A DNA stretch of 63,157 bases, filler included, from Reticulomyxa filosa (Eukaryota > Protista > Foraminifera), in the NCBI GenBank assembly GCA_000512085.1. It is 18 parts of 18 records of this genome, joined end to end, with 100 filler letters (N's around TTAATTAATTAA, not from the genome) between each part and the next. Parts side by side here need not be neighbours in the genome. Positions count along the whole stretch, not along the records: positions 1 to 23,658 come from ASPP01008657.1; positions 23,759 to 25,652 come from ASPP01008409.1; 16 more parts are not named here. One strand, written 5' to 3'. Position 1 is the first letter of the stretch. Every line of letters begins with the position of its first letter. The position numbers and the translations under genes were made by a program. The notes beneath the pieces are model-generated. The model was not told where the DNA came from and did no database searches. It worked only from the letters and a program-made list of their open reading frames with translations. Below, in pieces: positions 12,901 to 24,404 of this stretch.

Positions 12901-14614
12901 GGGCTGATGTATCCAAAAACAACATCTTCTTACCCTATGCTTTTTTTGTATTTTATATACAGAAATGTAGCTGTTGGATTGGTAAGTGCAGGTTTGGCTG
13001 AAGTAATACCACATCGCTCTGACGAACCAAAATCTGTGGCTTATTTGGAATTACAAAAGGCTCAAGAAAAGTTTTGCTTCTTTACGAAAAAATAAGAAGG
13101 ATAACTGATCTTCAAATTCCATCGCTTAGTTTCCTGACAGCTAATTTTTGAAAAAATACATTTCAATACAACAAACTAAAGGGCAAAGAAGGCAAAGAAA
13201 GGAATTCATGGAAAAGAGGTTCCAGAGGAGATTGTTGATTATTCTTTAGGTCTTGGTGATATTTCACCCTCTGTGATGATTCAATTACAAAATTTCTTGA
13301 AAAATCAAAAGCGCAGAGGCGTTGTTGATTACGTGTTGAGCGGACAACGATTGAAAGTATACTTACCTGAAAGAAACTGTATTATTCCTGTAAACTTGCA
13401 ACACATTCAATGCGATGCATATCATGCAGTCATTCCAAAATACCAAACCAAAACGGGAGCTGACGCTTTGAAATACACCAACCAGCGATTATTCCAAAAA
13501 GATGTAAATTGTTTCATTACCTAAATCAAAACAAAACAAACACCACAAATTTACAGTCTTTTTTGCTTTTGTGTAATTTTCTAGATCGAACTCGAAGTGG
13601 CAGAATTTGTGGATCAAAACAACCGTAATCCTATTTGGATTGGAAAAGTTTGGGTCGACGGCAAAGATGTGGCACTGGAATTATTAGAGCAAGGTCTTGC
13701 CAGAATTTTTGTACCTCCTTCCTTTTTGAATCGTGGTGGTCGTTCAAAAGCTTCAGGTATTCCAGATGCATATGCTGAAGCCGAAGCAGTGGCCAAGAAA
13801 AAAAACTGGACGTTGGGAAGAAATTGCAGCAAAAAGACAAGAAAGAGAAGAAGAAAAAAAGAAAAATGATTTGACTGGCCACGAAAAAACAGTAACTGTT
13901 TGTCATGTTGACTCTGCTGTACGATTTTGGGTGAATGTTGACGGAAGCAGTGAATTGGAAAAATTGGAGGCTGAAATGGCTCGAGTTCCACGTCAAAACC
14001 CTGGTACCATTCGTCCAGGAAAAATTGTCGCGGCATTGTATGATGGATTGTATTGCCGTGCTAAAGTATTAAAGCCCAACCCAAAAGATCCAAGTCAGTG
14101 GCATGTTCTGTTTGTTGATTATGGCAATCGTACATGGATCTCACATAAGGACATGACGTCGTTGCCACAAAAGTTGAGTTTGGGTCAATGGCCGCCATTG
14201 GCTCATTCTTGTCAGTTAGCTGCATTACGAGCCCCTTCATTCAACACCGTACATTTCAATATTTCTGGTGAAAAGTTTGCGGAATTGGCTCTGCCTTCTG
14301 CTCCAAAGTCAGAAAATGAAAAATCTCTTGCGAAAGAACTGAAAATTAAGGTTATTTTGGATGATTATGGTAAAAAATGGTATGTTATTTTGCTGGATCA
14401 AAACACGAACATCAACGAATACCTGGTTAAAAGTGGATACGCTCGTTTTGATCAAAAAGCGAAGGAAACACCACAAGAATTATTGCGCCTGGAAGATGCC
14501 TTTACCAAAGAGTATTTGAGAACAGTCCAAAAATTGAACGAAGAAGCCTTGCAAGCAAGAATTGGCTTGTGGGAAATTGGTGATGCCAGCACTGACGAAG
14601 AGGATTTGTTTTAA
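9951..14614 (+). CDS. SND1: Tudor-SN (staphylococcal nuclease domain-containing protein 1), multi-exon, four apparent homopolymer frameshifts, start not resolved
   Basis: Repeated SN domains (VRQVLSGDTF..LEGVRAPR..EPFAYEAREF; VDQVWGGSTL; VTQVFSGDSF; VDYVLSGQRL) followed by a Tudor domain (AALYDGLYCRAKV..VLFVDYGN) and terminal ARIGLWEIGD. Confidence 0.9.
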
Positions 14615-14932
14615 AAAAAAGAAGGAAATGATATTACAAAAACAATTTAAATGAAATAATATTCCCCAATCTTTGGGGTATGTTGACACAATTGTGCTTG
14701 TTTCATTTCTTTTTTTAGCACTGAATTAATGGAAAAGGTGTTTGGTATAACTCAGTGAAAACAGTATATTCATTTACGGTGGGAGGATAATATTTCACAA
14801 TTTTGCTAGTTGTAAATTATTTCTTCCATCCAAAAAAAGAAAAACATCCACAATTATTTGTCAAAAAAAAGAACATAAATTTCAACGAATTTACCTCCCC
14901 TAAAGACAAAAATGGAGGGAGGAAAAGCAACC

Positions 14933-15944
14933 CTAAAAATGTTCAAATTCGACCATATCAAAAAACATAACATCGCTAGCAGATTGACCAAAGATATCGT
15001 TCTCAATCTTGGACAATTGAATAAATACTTCATCACTTCCAATCACAAACCGTGGGACAAATTTTGCATCAATTCCACCAATTTTTTTGAAGTCACAATT
15101 CTTCACAACAAATGTAATGTCATCAAATTCTGTATCCATTTTGGTAATACCTTTAAATGATAAAGTATTTTGCTCTACATTCATTTGCATATCTATGATG
15201 TAATGATTCACGCTCTCCCAGCTAAATGGATTCGCATAGTCATCTCCTGCTCCATATTTTTGGGCCCAGTTTGATATGGACCATGCTCAAAAAAACAAAA
15301 AATAAACAGTATAAAAATTAAGCTAATTGGACAAAAATAACACAAGAAAAGAGAGCTAACATTTTTGATCGCCAAACTTTCCTGGTTCATATCGAATTCC
15401 AACTATCCCAATTCCAACCGTTAACCAAAACGTTCGTTCTCCAGTATTTGGAACATTTCTTTGTGTCTTTATTTATTTTGTTATTGCGTTAGGACGAACA
15501 CCCAACGAGTCATTTTTAATTATTTTTTTTGCAATTATTGATCTCTTTTTATCGCCCTCGCTCTGCTTCAATAAAAGATGCGTATGACATTCTTTCTTGG
15601 ATATATTAAAAGACTATAAGAAAACATGCAAGTTCTAAAACCTGGATTCTCCATGTGTGAATACCACTTGTCACTGAATACTTCTCGCTCATTAAAACTG
15701 TTTTATAACCTTGAGCTTTTCCACAGTGCAGAACGCTTGGATTATTGTCAAAAAATTCCAGTTTATTCCCTGTTAAAATACTGTTCTCGAAGCTAAGCGT
15801 GAGTTCTAGAGCAAATTTGGTTATTAACCGGATCATGTCCATTGGATAAGACCAAAATTTTTTGCTCAATTCATTACGCAACATAAACTCAATCACCTTC
15901 CCGAATCGGTACTCAGATTTTCTGTGATCAGCTCTCGAAATCAT
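14933..15944 (-). CDS. SPRY/B30.2-like domain protein with N-terminal helical motif, multi-exon or degenerate
   Basis: VTSGIHTWRIQV, LEFDMNQESL, IDMQMNVEQNTLSF and FVPRFVI are SPRY-like beta strands. Exon structure is unresolved. Confidence 0.5.
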
Positions 15945-16102
15945 ATTTAACGAATTTTTAACAAAAAGTCTTCCCCTTAGTGAACGCTCGTTTTTTAAAT
16001 TTTTTTTTGCAGTTTAGGCTGTAAAACAGTCAAAATCTCAATCTCAGTAATGCTCGTAAATTTAAAAATTTTGTGTTTTCTGTTCTACAATGAATAAATG
16101 AT

Positions 16103-16118
16103 GGTGTTAAAAAACACC
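16103..16118 (-). promoter_or_regulatory. Histone 3'-UTR stem-loop (SLBP-type)
   Basis: Minus strand reads GGTGTT-TTTT-AACACC: a 6-bp stem opening with GG and a 4-nt U loop, 21 nt after the H2B stop codon. Confidence 0.8.
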
Positions 16119-16139
16119 TGAATAAATAACGATCTACAT

Positions 16140-16520
16140 TTATTTGGCCATGTATTTTTGAACCGCTTTTTGTGCCTCAGACTCGGCATGTTTTGCCAAT
16201 TCTCCTGGCAATACCAATTTTACTGCACATTGAACTGCTCTTGCGTCCATTGTGTGTCTTTTGTTGTATTGAACTAATCTTCCTGCTTCCGTTGCAATTC
16301 GATCAAAGCAATCGTGCACGAAAGAATTCATGATATCCATTGCTTTTTTACTCATACCAATTGATGGATGTACCTGTTTTAGTACTTTGAAGACATACAA
16401 GTTGAACGTCTCAGTTGGCTTCTTACGACGGCCTTCTTTTAACAAATTGCCTCCTTTTGATGGTGTTTTTTTAGTTGGTTTTGTTGATTGAGATTTTGAT
16501 TGTGAAGGAGTGGACGACAT
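16140..16520 (-). CDS. H2B: Histone H2B (divergent), intronless
   Basis: [74 protein letters not shown] at 16520 after an A-run. Confidence 0.97.
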   Translation of the reverse strand: MSSTPSQSKSQSTKPTKKTPSKGGNLLKEGRRKKPTETFNLYVFKVLKQVHPSIGMSKKAMDIMNSFVHDCFDRIATEAGRLVQYNKRHTMDARAVQCAVKLVLPGELAKHAESEAQKAVQKYMAK

Positions 16521-16624
16521 AATTTTTTTTGTTAATCGGATTTTGAAGAAAGGTTTGGAAAAAACAAGAAATTGATGACCATTCGCTCTACACAACCATT
16601 TCCTTTTTTGATGTGCCATCTTTC

Positions 16625-16644
16625 ATTGGCCAATTGAAACCAAT
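16625..16644. promoter_or_regulatory. Clustered CCAAT boxes upstream of H2B
   Basis: ATTGGCCAATTGAAACCAAT holds three CCAAT/ATTGG motifs about 105-125 bp upstream of the ATG, as seen in histone promoters. Confidence 0.5.
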
Positions 16645-17268
16645 GCAGAAATTTTTTTAAACAAAAATTATGGAAAATATGTTGTGATAAGTTTTTAACA
16701 TGTGGCATGGAATTGTTTTCTGGCTTGAATGTCAGATTTAATACTTTCATGAAATCAAAAAAACAAGAGACTATGTAGAACTTTTAGTGCCTAATTTTAA
16801 TAATAAGGCCTATGAACAATTCATTTGGTTGTATCAGTAGATACCTGCACAACTTAACAAAAGGGAAATCTGCAAAGAGTTTTTTGTATTTCTAATCTCG
16901 ATATATCAACGATTTTCTCTTTTGTTTTTTTGTTGTCCGTGACTGGTTTTTAACAGTCAGTTGCCTTTCTTGTCGATGCTCCAAATAACGCTGCTTTTTT
17001 GGGTCGTAGTTTTTCGCCCACTACTGCACTTTCAAACAGTTTTCTCTACCGCTCCAAAAATGAAATGTGATCACGTTTAATATTTAATCCAACAATTACG
17101 AATAAATTTTTCGTGGAACATGTGCATTTTTGTAGCAAAAAATTGTTTTAGGGAATCAATGACTAAAAAGTAGATTTACTGAAAAAAGCCTTTTTCTTTT
17201 TTGGAATTTCAACTTTAAATCGATGGCATAGCCAAATTAATTATCAATAGTTGTTTTACAAAAAAAGT

Positions 17269-18605
17269 CTATTCAGCATATACTTTTTGATATAGCTCAG
17301 GTAATATTCGAGTCAAATTATTCATCTCTCGTGCACAATGCATCATACATTGTTTTCCCAAGCTGTCCGGCATTAATGCAAATTTTACAATCGGTATTTT
17401 CATTACCCCATTTAAAATCCAACGGAAAGGAGCACTTACTTCCGAACACACATTACCTTCACCTATCCAGAACCTATTTTTTTAAGTTTAAAAAAAAGCA
17501 TATTATTATTCAAACAAATATTAGTGAAGCGTGTTACATAAAACAAAACAAAAAAACGAAACCTTGATTTTAAGACACTACCGGATCCATCGGGTAAGGC
17601 TTCGATGTAATGGACAAAATGCAAAGCTTCTGTCTGAAATTTCATAATATCTTCATGAGCACAAACAACAGCACGTTTGGTTGCATCAATGAAATCATTC
17701 TTATCAAAACCAAATTCTTCTGGATGCTGAAAACGTATACGTAGATATTCTGGTGGTTCACCAAATTCTTTATTTACATATTCCAATACGTGTTTGGTAT
17801 GACCATAAATGCCTTTTTAAAAAATATTTGTTTTATTAATTTAATTTGTGCAAAAAAAAAAAATTAAAAAAATTTTCGTTTTCTCGCAAACCATTTGTTT
17901 TGTCCTGTGTCGGATGGATTTGATGATCGTCATACCATGCTCTAATGTGATCAGTTGGATGCCACCAGCGATACCAGTGGTGTTTGCCCTTTCCGCAACA
18001 CATGTTCTCAAACCACCACATGAACATGACTGGCGTCACGTTGGGCATGATTGTGGTGATGTGAACATGACATACTCCCCAATAATCAAAACACCACCCA
18101 TTTTCGAAATCGTAATATTTGTGGGTTGTATCTTCCATGTCTCCATACATAACATAATTTTTTACTTGTTTCCAATGATATAAATACTTGCGAGATTTTG
18201 GTTGCTCCATTTCCGATGTCACTTTTGCAGGAATTGGCAAACATTTTTTCTCCTCTTGAGGGGTCTCCTTAGTACTGTTATTGTCGTCACCCGTGTATTC
18301 CAAAACGCAAGTTGGAATCCAGTCACCGATTCGAATATCTACACTGTCTTCTTCTGTTGTCACAGGCGCTTTGATGCCTTTTATTGTTTGAGATGCATAA
18401 CATAGAGCCTGATAACCAATAACTGCAGCACCTGCCACTGCTGCTTCTCTGGCGTACGGAATATTAGAGACTACTTTTTGCAGTTGTTTCAAGTTGTCGG
18501 CTACTCGATCCTATTCAACATTTTTTGAAAACCGCTGAACAGATTTAAGCTAATTCGACTACATGTATCGAAGAGAGTTTTCCTTTTTTTAGAATAACTT
18601 GCCAT
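17269..18605 (-). CDS. PhlG-like (2,4-diacetylphloroglucinol hydrolase family) protein; exons about 18510-17892, 17812-17563, 17473-17269; start codon uncertain
   Basis: Spliced product has MPNVTPVMFMWWF, YRWWHPTDH, IYGHTKHVLEYV, IRFQHPEEFGFD, HFVHY..GSVLKSRFWIG and HCAREMNNLTRILPELY, the motif series of the PhlG family. Two clean GT-AG introns (79 and 89 nt). Confidence 0.8.
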
Positions 18606-19465
18606 TGACACAGGCGAAAAAAAGGCAGACGTTTTCTAAAACAAAACCTGTTAGTTAGAATTTTGAACCGTTTTACATTTTAAGCGTCAGCAAAAAATTT
18701 GAATAATAGTCAAAAATCGTTTTATTTATTATTCCAAATACGTATTTTCGAGCACAGCCAGTTTCAACAATTTTTCTCAAGAACTTTGGTGGCGTTTACA
18801 AACACCGGTTGTTAGCTTGTGCGTTTTTCCTTGAAAACGATTTTTTTTCGTTTGCCACTGTTTGTTGGCTCAAACGATCACTGGGTGGGACCAAAGTTAC
18901 ATTACTTGCGTCTCCAACCCCAAAACAGCAAAGTATTATTACTTTTGTACCAATTTAGCCTAAAGTTTTTCGGTTGATTTTTATTATATAGAAGAACTAA
19001 GATCTGATTGGCTAATAAAAAAAAGAAAATTTTGGTCAAACTGGGAAAAATACGGCAAATTGAAACGAAAAAAGTAAGAAATATATCTAATCTTTTAAAA
19101 AATGTAGAACCAAAAGAAAAACATTTCAATCTGAGAATGTTTTAAGAATAGAGGTTAGAGCAAACGAAGGTACACAAACTTTGCTTGGATAGTTGCATTG
19201 TCTCTTGTTTATCTATTTCGTCTTGCAATACCTACTTTCAATTCCTTTAGAACATTGAAATAAAGAAATATTTTTTAATCAATTTTTTGTTAAATTGATG
19301 TCGCATAAAGTGGGATTGTTTTGTTCAAATGGCCAAAAAAAACTTTTCAGAGAAGGAAGCGCAAAAACAAAACTTTCACTCGACAAAACACTGTCGACAC
19401 CAGCTCAGGCGTTTGTGCTGCCTTTTCAATAATTTTTTTAAAAAAACTATCATCTGTAAACAAAC

Positions 19466-20925
19466 ATGGCGCAGGCACCTGTGAATTCAGTATAATACTT
19501 TTTTTTGTTTTTAAAAAATGAAAATCAAAAACAGACTGCTTTTGAACAGAATAACCAGGAGTCAGTTGCAGAAAAATGGGAAACATTTGGCAAAACATTA
19601 AAAGGAAGCAATAACACAGTAACAAACAGTGTCGGGGGTTGGTCAAGTGCTTATGGCAGCACTGTTGTGAGCAAAGGAGCCATTCAAGAGTGGGTTGTGG
19701 AGTATCATGTAGGTGCAGATGATGACGGAGATTTCGCATCAAGCTGTGGTATTGCAACCGATACCAAATATTTAGACTCATGGTTCCAAGGCCGTGAAGA
19801 ATGGAGCGTGGGTTTGTTGTGACAAAAAAAAGCAATACATTATGTATTTTTAAATGCCAACCAAACAAATAAACAAACAAAAAAAATTTTTTTTTTGGTA
19901 TGTTTCCCAAACATGTTTTTTTTTTTTTTTAAATATGTGTACGTAACATAAAACAAAACAAAAAAATTTTGAAAATCCAGCGATTCGAATGAGAAAGTCA
20001 ACATTACTTGTGAAATTGCCCAACGAAAAAAAAAACGGAATTTGAGGCATATGCGGGCAAAACAGTGATAAACAAAACACGATTTCGAATCGTGTTGGAC
20101 ATGAGCACAAGACAAGTGTCATTTTTCTATCCTTGGGACACAAAAGCGCCAGTGCATGTCCACTCGAACCTTCCTGAAGATAGCCACTTCCGATTAGCTT
20201 GTTCACTTTTCTCAAAGAACACAACATTTGTGGTTATGTCGAGTAAATCGAGTGGACAGCAACAAAGCTATTGGAAGGCAATGGATTCCCTCAATACAAT
20301 GCTCGCGGACGTATCCAAGTCAAGTCATGATTTAGAGACTTTGCAGGTCAAAGATAATGTCAAGGACTTGCAAGAGATGAAACGTGATCTGGGCAAGTTC
20401 CAGGAACAGTTCTTGGAAAAATGGTCACTGCTCCAGCAACAAGTCAGCAAATGGCAGAAATCGATTTCCACTGTTTCCGCTCATATTGACGCTCAATTGA
20501 AACCAGCTACCGATAAATATCAGGTTCAAAACTTCAAACATGCGTGTAATATGTCATACGTCGTAAAAAAAAAAAAAAATTAATTTTTGTGTATACGTAT
20601 TATTACATTTGATCCACAAAACATCAATGTAAAAGAAAAACTTTATTTGAGAAACGCTGTTGTTGTTGTTGTTTTTTTGTAATAGGAATGGACGCTTACT
20701 GATGTTGTGAAGTGGATTTGCTATTTGGAAAATGGCAGATTTTTACTTTATGCAGATACATTGAGTCAGGCGCTTAGGAAAGTGGATTTCAGTGGCAAAA
20801 ACTTGGATAGTTTGAAAGAAGACGACTTGTCGACATTTGGGGTCACTAATTTAAAAGACAGTACCGATCTTTTTGCACATGTCCTCATATTGACAGGAAA
20901 AAAAAGTGTCAGCCAAGAGAAGTAA
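19466..20925 (+). CDS. SPRY-like domain + coiled-coil + C-terminal SAM domain protein, multi-exon
   Basis: WSSAYGSTVVSKGAIQEWVVEY, FRIVLDMSTRQVSF and FRLACSLF are SPRY-like; a heptad region follows; EWTLTDVVKWICYLENGRFLLY..FSGKNLDSLKEDDLSTFGV is SAM-like. Confidence 0.7.
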
Positions 20926-22025
20926 GTCTTGCTCTTCGATTGTGCATAATTTAATACAAACTTGAAAATAAAGAATTTTGTATAGTTTGCACGTTCTCCT
21001 CATAAAACTCTGCATGTTGAACAATAAAGTCTTGCGGACATTAATCTGTGTGGACTTAGTTAAAGCAATAAAATCATTAAGCTATCTTCCGTTGCGAGAA
21101 GCTGTGATTGGATTTTAATTTTGAACGTGTAGAAATTGACAAATTTCTACACCAAACTGTGTAAGGAAACTACTGAAACGGTTGAGTGCAAGTAATATAG
21201 ATAGGCGCTCTTTTGAGCAATTTTTAATAGAAAACAAAAGTAATTAAATGGAAGAAAGTACAAAGATAAATTTAGGAAAAGGGATTTTCATACTCCAAAC
21301 TAAATTTTACCTTACAGTCACTACGGGCACAAGATATCATAAAAATAGTAAATCGTTGATGACATATTCTTCAATTTGCAATAAATTCATCATTATGTCT
21401 GGGAAATAATAGTAAATAGTGAATTAATAATAACAATGAGTAAGCAGCTGAATAGATTGAGTAACAAACATATTGTTTTATAAGATGCACACAGTAAATT
21501 TGCTACAAATAACAAGAATTATTAATAAAAATTTTCTTTTTCTTTAAAAAGTAAACTGTACGATAAAAAGGGCCCTTAGAAAGAAACTTCTCGTCTTCGT
21601 AATATGTTTATTTTTTAAGCTCACAACCAAAAAAAAGAAAAAGTAACAAAAAAGGTAAAACATTTTTGAAAAGCAGGTCTCTTTGGAATTTTTGCTCCTG
21701 TACTGTGGTAAAGGAGGAAAAAAATTTCTAAGACTTTTAAATTATGCACTGAAAATCAAGAAAAGCAAAAACATAGTTTGAAAAAATATTATACTACGTT
21801 TTCGTCAACAAACATTATAGGGATAATTTGACCATTTTTTGTTTCAGAGTGAGCAGTGGTGTTCTAAACACGTGGGTTCATTGTAGTCACTATTACGTAT
21901 CAAAGCAACACGAGTCTCTCGCATTAATGCAATTGAATTGTATAATATAGCACAAATAACAAGTTGTACTTTTTTTTACTTTATGATGTACGCAGTGATT
22001 ATCAAACCTCAGTCAATCAATTTTT

Positions 22026-23580
22026 TTATTGGCTTCTATTTATTCTTTTGATTTTTTCTTGATGCACGTTTCTATCCTTGAACGGTCGGGGTGATACTAC
22101 GCGTTGTCGCGTTTGCCATCTGGGTGTTTTTTTCATACTTTGACAAATTGCGTGGTTTTCGCAACATATTCTAGGAACACGTTTCTTGGCATTTCTTTGA
22201 CGAGTGTTTTGTGGTCTGTCTTGGAAACGAAATGAAGTAAAGCGAGAGAGGTACACGTTGCCTGCAACGATAACTTCCTTTTTGTTTTTTTTGGTTTTCC
22301 ACAATAACCACTCCTTTCTTAGCAATAGAATTTTTTGAAGCAGGAACGTAAAAACGATTACGAAGCTCAACCTTACGTTGAACAAGAAATTTTTGAAAAA
22401 AAACCAATAAACTCTTAATTTCAAGAACACTGAGCTTTACAAATCGACAATGATATACTCATGAAACAATGCTGACATTTCAACCCAAGGCATTCTATTG
22501 AGTCATAAATGCAATCAATATTCTTTAAACAAAAATCGCAAACACAACTTACTAAAATTGATCAAAACATTCCAAAAAAGTCATGAACTTTTTACACATT
22601 GTAAACAAAAATAATAAAAAAAAATTTTGAGAAAACAAAAAAAACCTAAATATACTAAAACAAAAAGCCATAAATAGCTTTTTGTCGATTTTCAAGCTAA
22701 TAAATGCTATCTCTTTCCAGTTATTGACAAAAGCTGCAATAAAAAATACCGCTGGCGTAGGCTTTTTTGAACGTCAGACTATGATTCAAAATACGCATAT
22801 AACAAAGTACTTTATTAAAAAAAAAAAGCCACCCACTCCAAAGCATAAAAAGCGCCATTGGAACATTTAGGTGTTTTTTGTTTTTCTTTAAACAATTATA
22901 AACATACCTCTTTCGAATGCTAAGTTGATCCAAAAGAATTTTTTTTTGCTGACGGCTCCATCTTTAACGCCACGGTTCACAGTAACTGCGCTTGCACATT
23001 AAATACTACAACAAGAGGGGGGAAAAAAAAAAGTGTTTCCGAGTATTTTTTTTTTTAATGGTTATCAACTCCTACCATATGTACGTTCAACAACAAAAAA
23101 AAACTTACGTTTGTACAAGCCACAATATTTTCACTACTGCAATTACAATTGCAACATTTTTGAGGTTTGGCACTTGTTGATGTTGCAAGTACTGCAAACA
23201 ATTCCATGTCACTAGGCCTTCTCCGTCTTGTTGTCTGTGAGGAGAGCTGCGATTGGATAGACGAAGGATACTCTAATACCCCCCCCAAACAAAAACAAAA
23301 TTTGATTTTTATTTTTGCAATTCCCCTTCGCATCAACGTATATAACTTGTTTCTTCGCAAACATTTTGCTGACCCATGAGAGGACTAATGCCTGCACTCG
23401 GATTCAGCGCGGGGTCCAAAGGGGGACAACAGACTGGCTCGTTCTGCACCAACGTATGAGTTTGGCTTTGTTTTCTCCAAGCGTGTCCTGGCAATAATCC
23501 AGCCGGCATCGAACAATATTCGCTTCTTTGAGGAGAGTCACTTTTTCTTTGGAATGGAAATGGTGATACTTCCGGCATGT
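22026..23580 (-). CDS. Hypothetical protein, 5' partial, exon structure unclear
   Basis: GC-richer open segments (23580-23340, 23275-23110, 23000-22910, 22280-22026) bounded by A/T tracts. No recognisable domain. Confidence 0.3.
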
Positions 23581-23658
23581 CTAAAAAAAAAAAAAACATC
23601 AATAAAGAAAGATGAAAGGGGGGGGGGGGGGGGAGGGGAAATAAAATAAAATAGAGTA

Positions 23659-23758
23659 NNNNNNNNNNNNNNNNNNNNNNNNNNNNNNNNNNNNNNNNNN
23701 NNTTAATTAATTAANNNNNNNNNNNNNNNNNNNNNNNNNNNNNNNNNNNNNNNNNNNN
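23659..23758. other. Artificial contig linker N44-TTAATTAATTAA-N44 (first of 17; others start at 25653, 29316, 31223, 32748, 33848, 36189, 40694, 42711, 44487, 46002, 50463, 52525, 53665, 55415, 58333, 61429)
   Basis: Identical 100-bp spacer with stop codons in all six frames. Confidence 0.98.
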
Positions 23759-24404
23759 CTGATTTATTATTCAAAATCATGTAACATATGAAAAAATTAT
23801 TTTCATTTTTCTTTAATTTATTAAAAAAGTCACTATTTTGCAATTTCAATTCATCGTTCATCTATCATTATTGATTGTCTTCATTACCACTATTATTTGT
23901 TGGGAAAAAGATTGTATAAATGAAATAAAAATAAAAAAAAGAGATCAGCCAAGCAAGTAGAAAAAGTGAACCCAGCGATGAACCAGGTATAATTCATACA
24001 AGCATAAAATATCATTTATTTTATTTTGTGTGTGAATCTTACAAATAAATAAAATGAACAACATAAAATTAACATATGCAAAAAAAAAAAGACGCCATTG
24101 AAGTGTATTATGAGGAGAATGGAAAATTAACTCTACTAATGCGAATCTCACAATTATTTTTATTTTTTTAATTTTTGTTATTAATCAGTTTTCATCATTA
24201 TTGCCGATTTAAATTTTAAGCAAATACTTCAATATGACTTTTAAAATAGTTGGTTGAATTGTAAAAATGATTACAAATAAAAGTGGAAATTACCTCACAG
24301 ACTGTAGCAAAAATAGTAAATAAAGAAATCTCTCTTGTCTATATTTGTGTCAGCGTTTGCAGTTTTGTTTGAGAAAAGGAGCAAAACAATAAAAAAAGTA
24401 CATA

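Noticed and set aside
80-16520. Apparent cell-cycle/DNA-metabolism cluster (Pol kappa, Wee1, H2B, Tudor-SN)
   Set aside because: Mixed orientations, unrelated genes interspersed and no shared regulatory element seen. Chance adjacency is sufficient.
16521-16619. 33-aa N-terminal extension of H2B in the ORF track
   Set aside because: Runs through the promoter/5' UTR region. The ATG at 16520 after an A-run gives a normal H2B length.
17269-18605. Bacterial contamination as the source of the PhlG-like gene
   Set aside because: It has spliceosomal introns and host-like AT content, and shares a contig with H2B and Tudor-SN.
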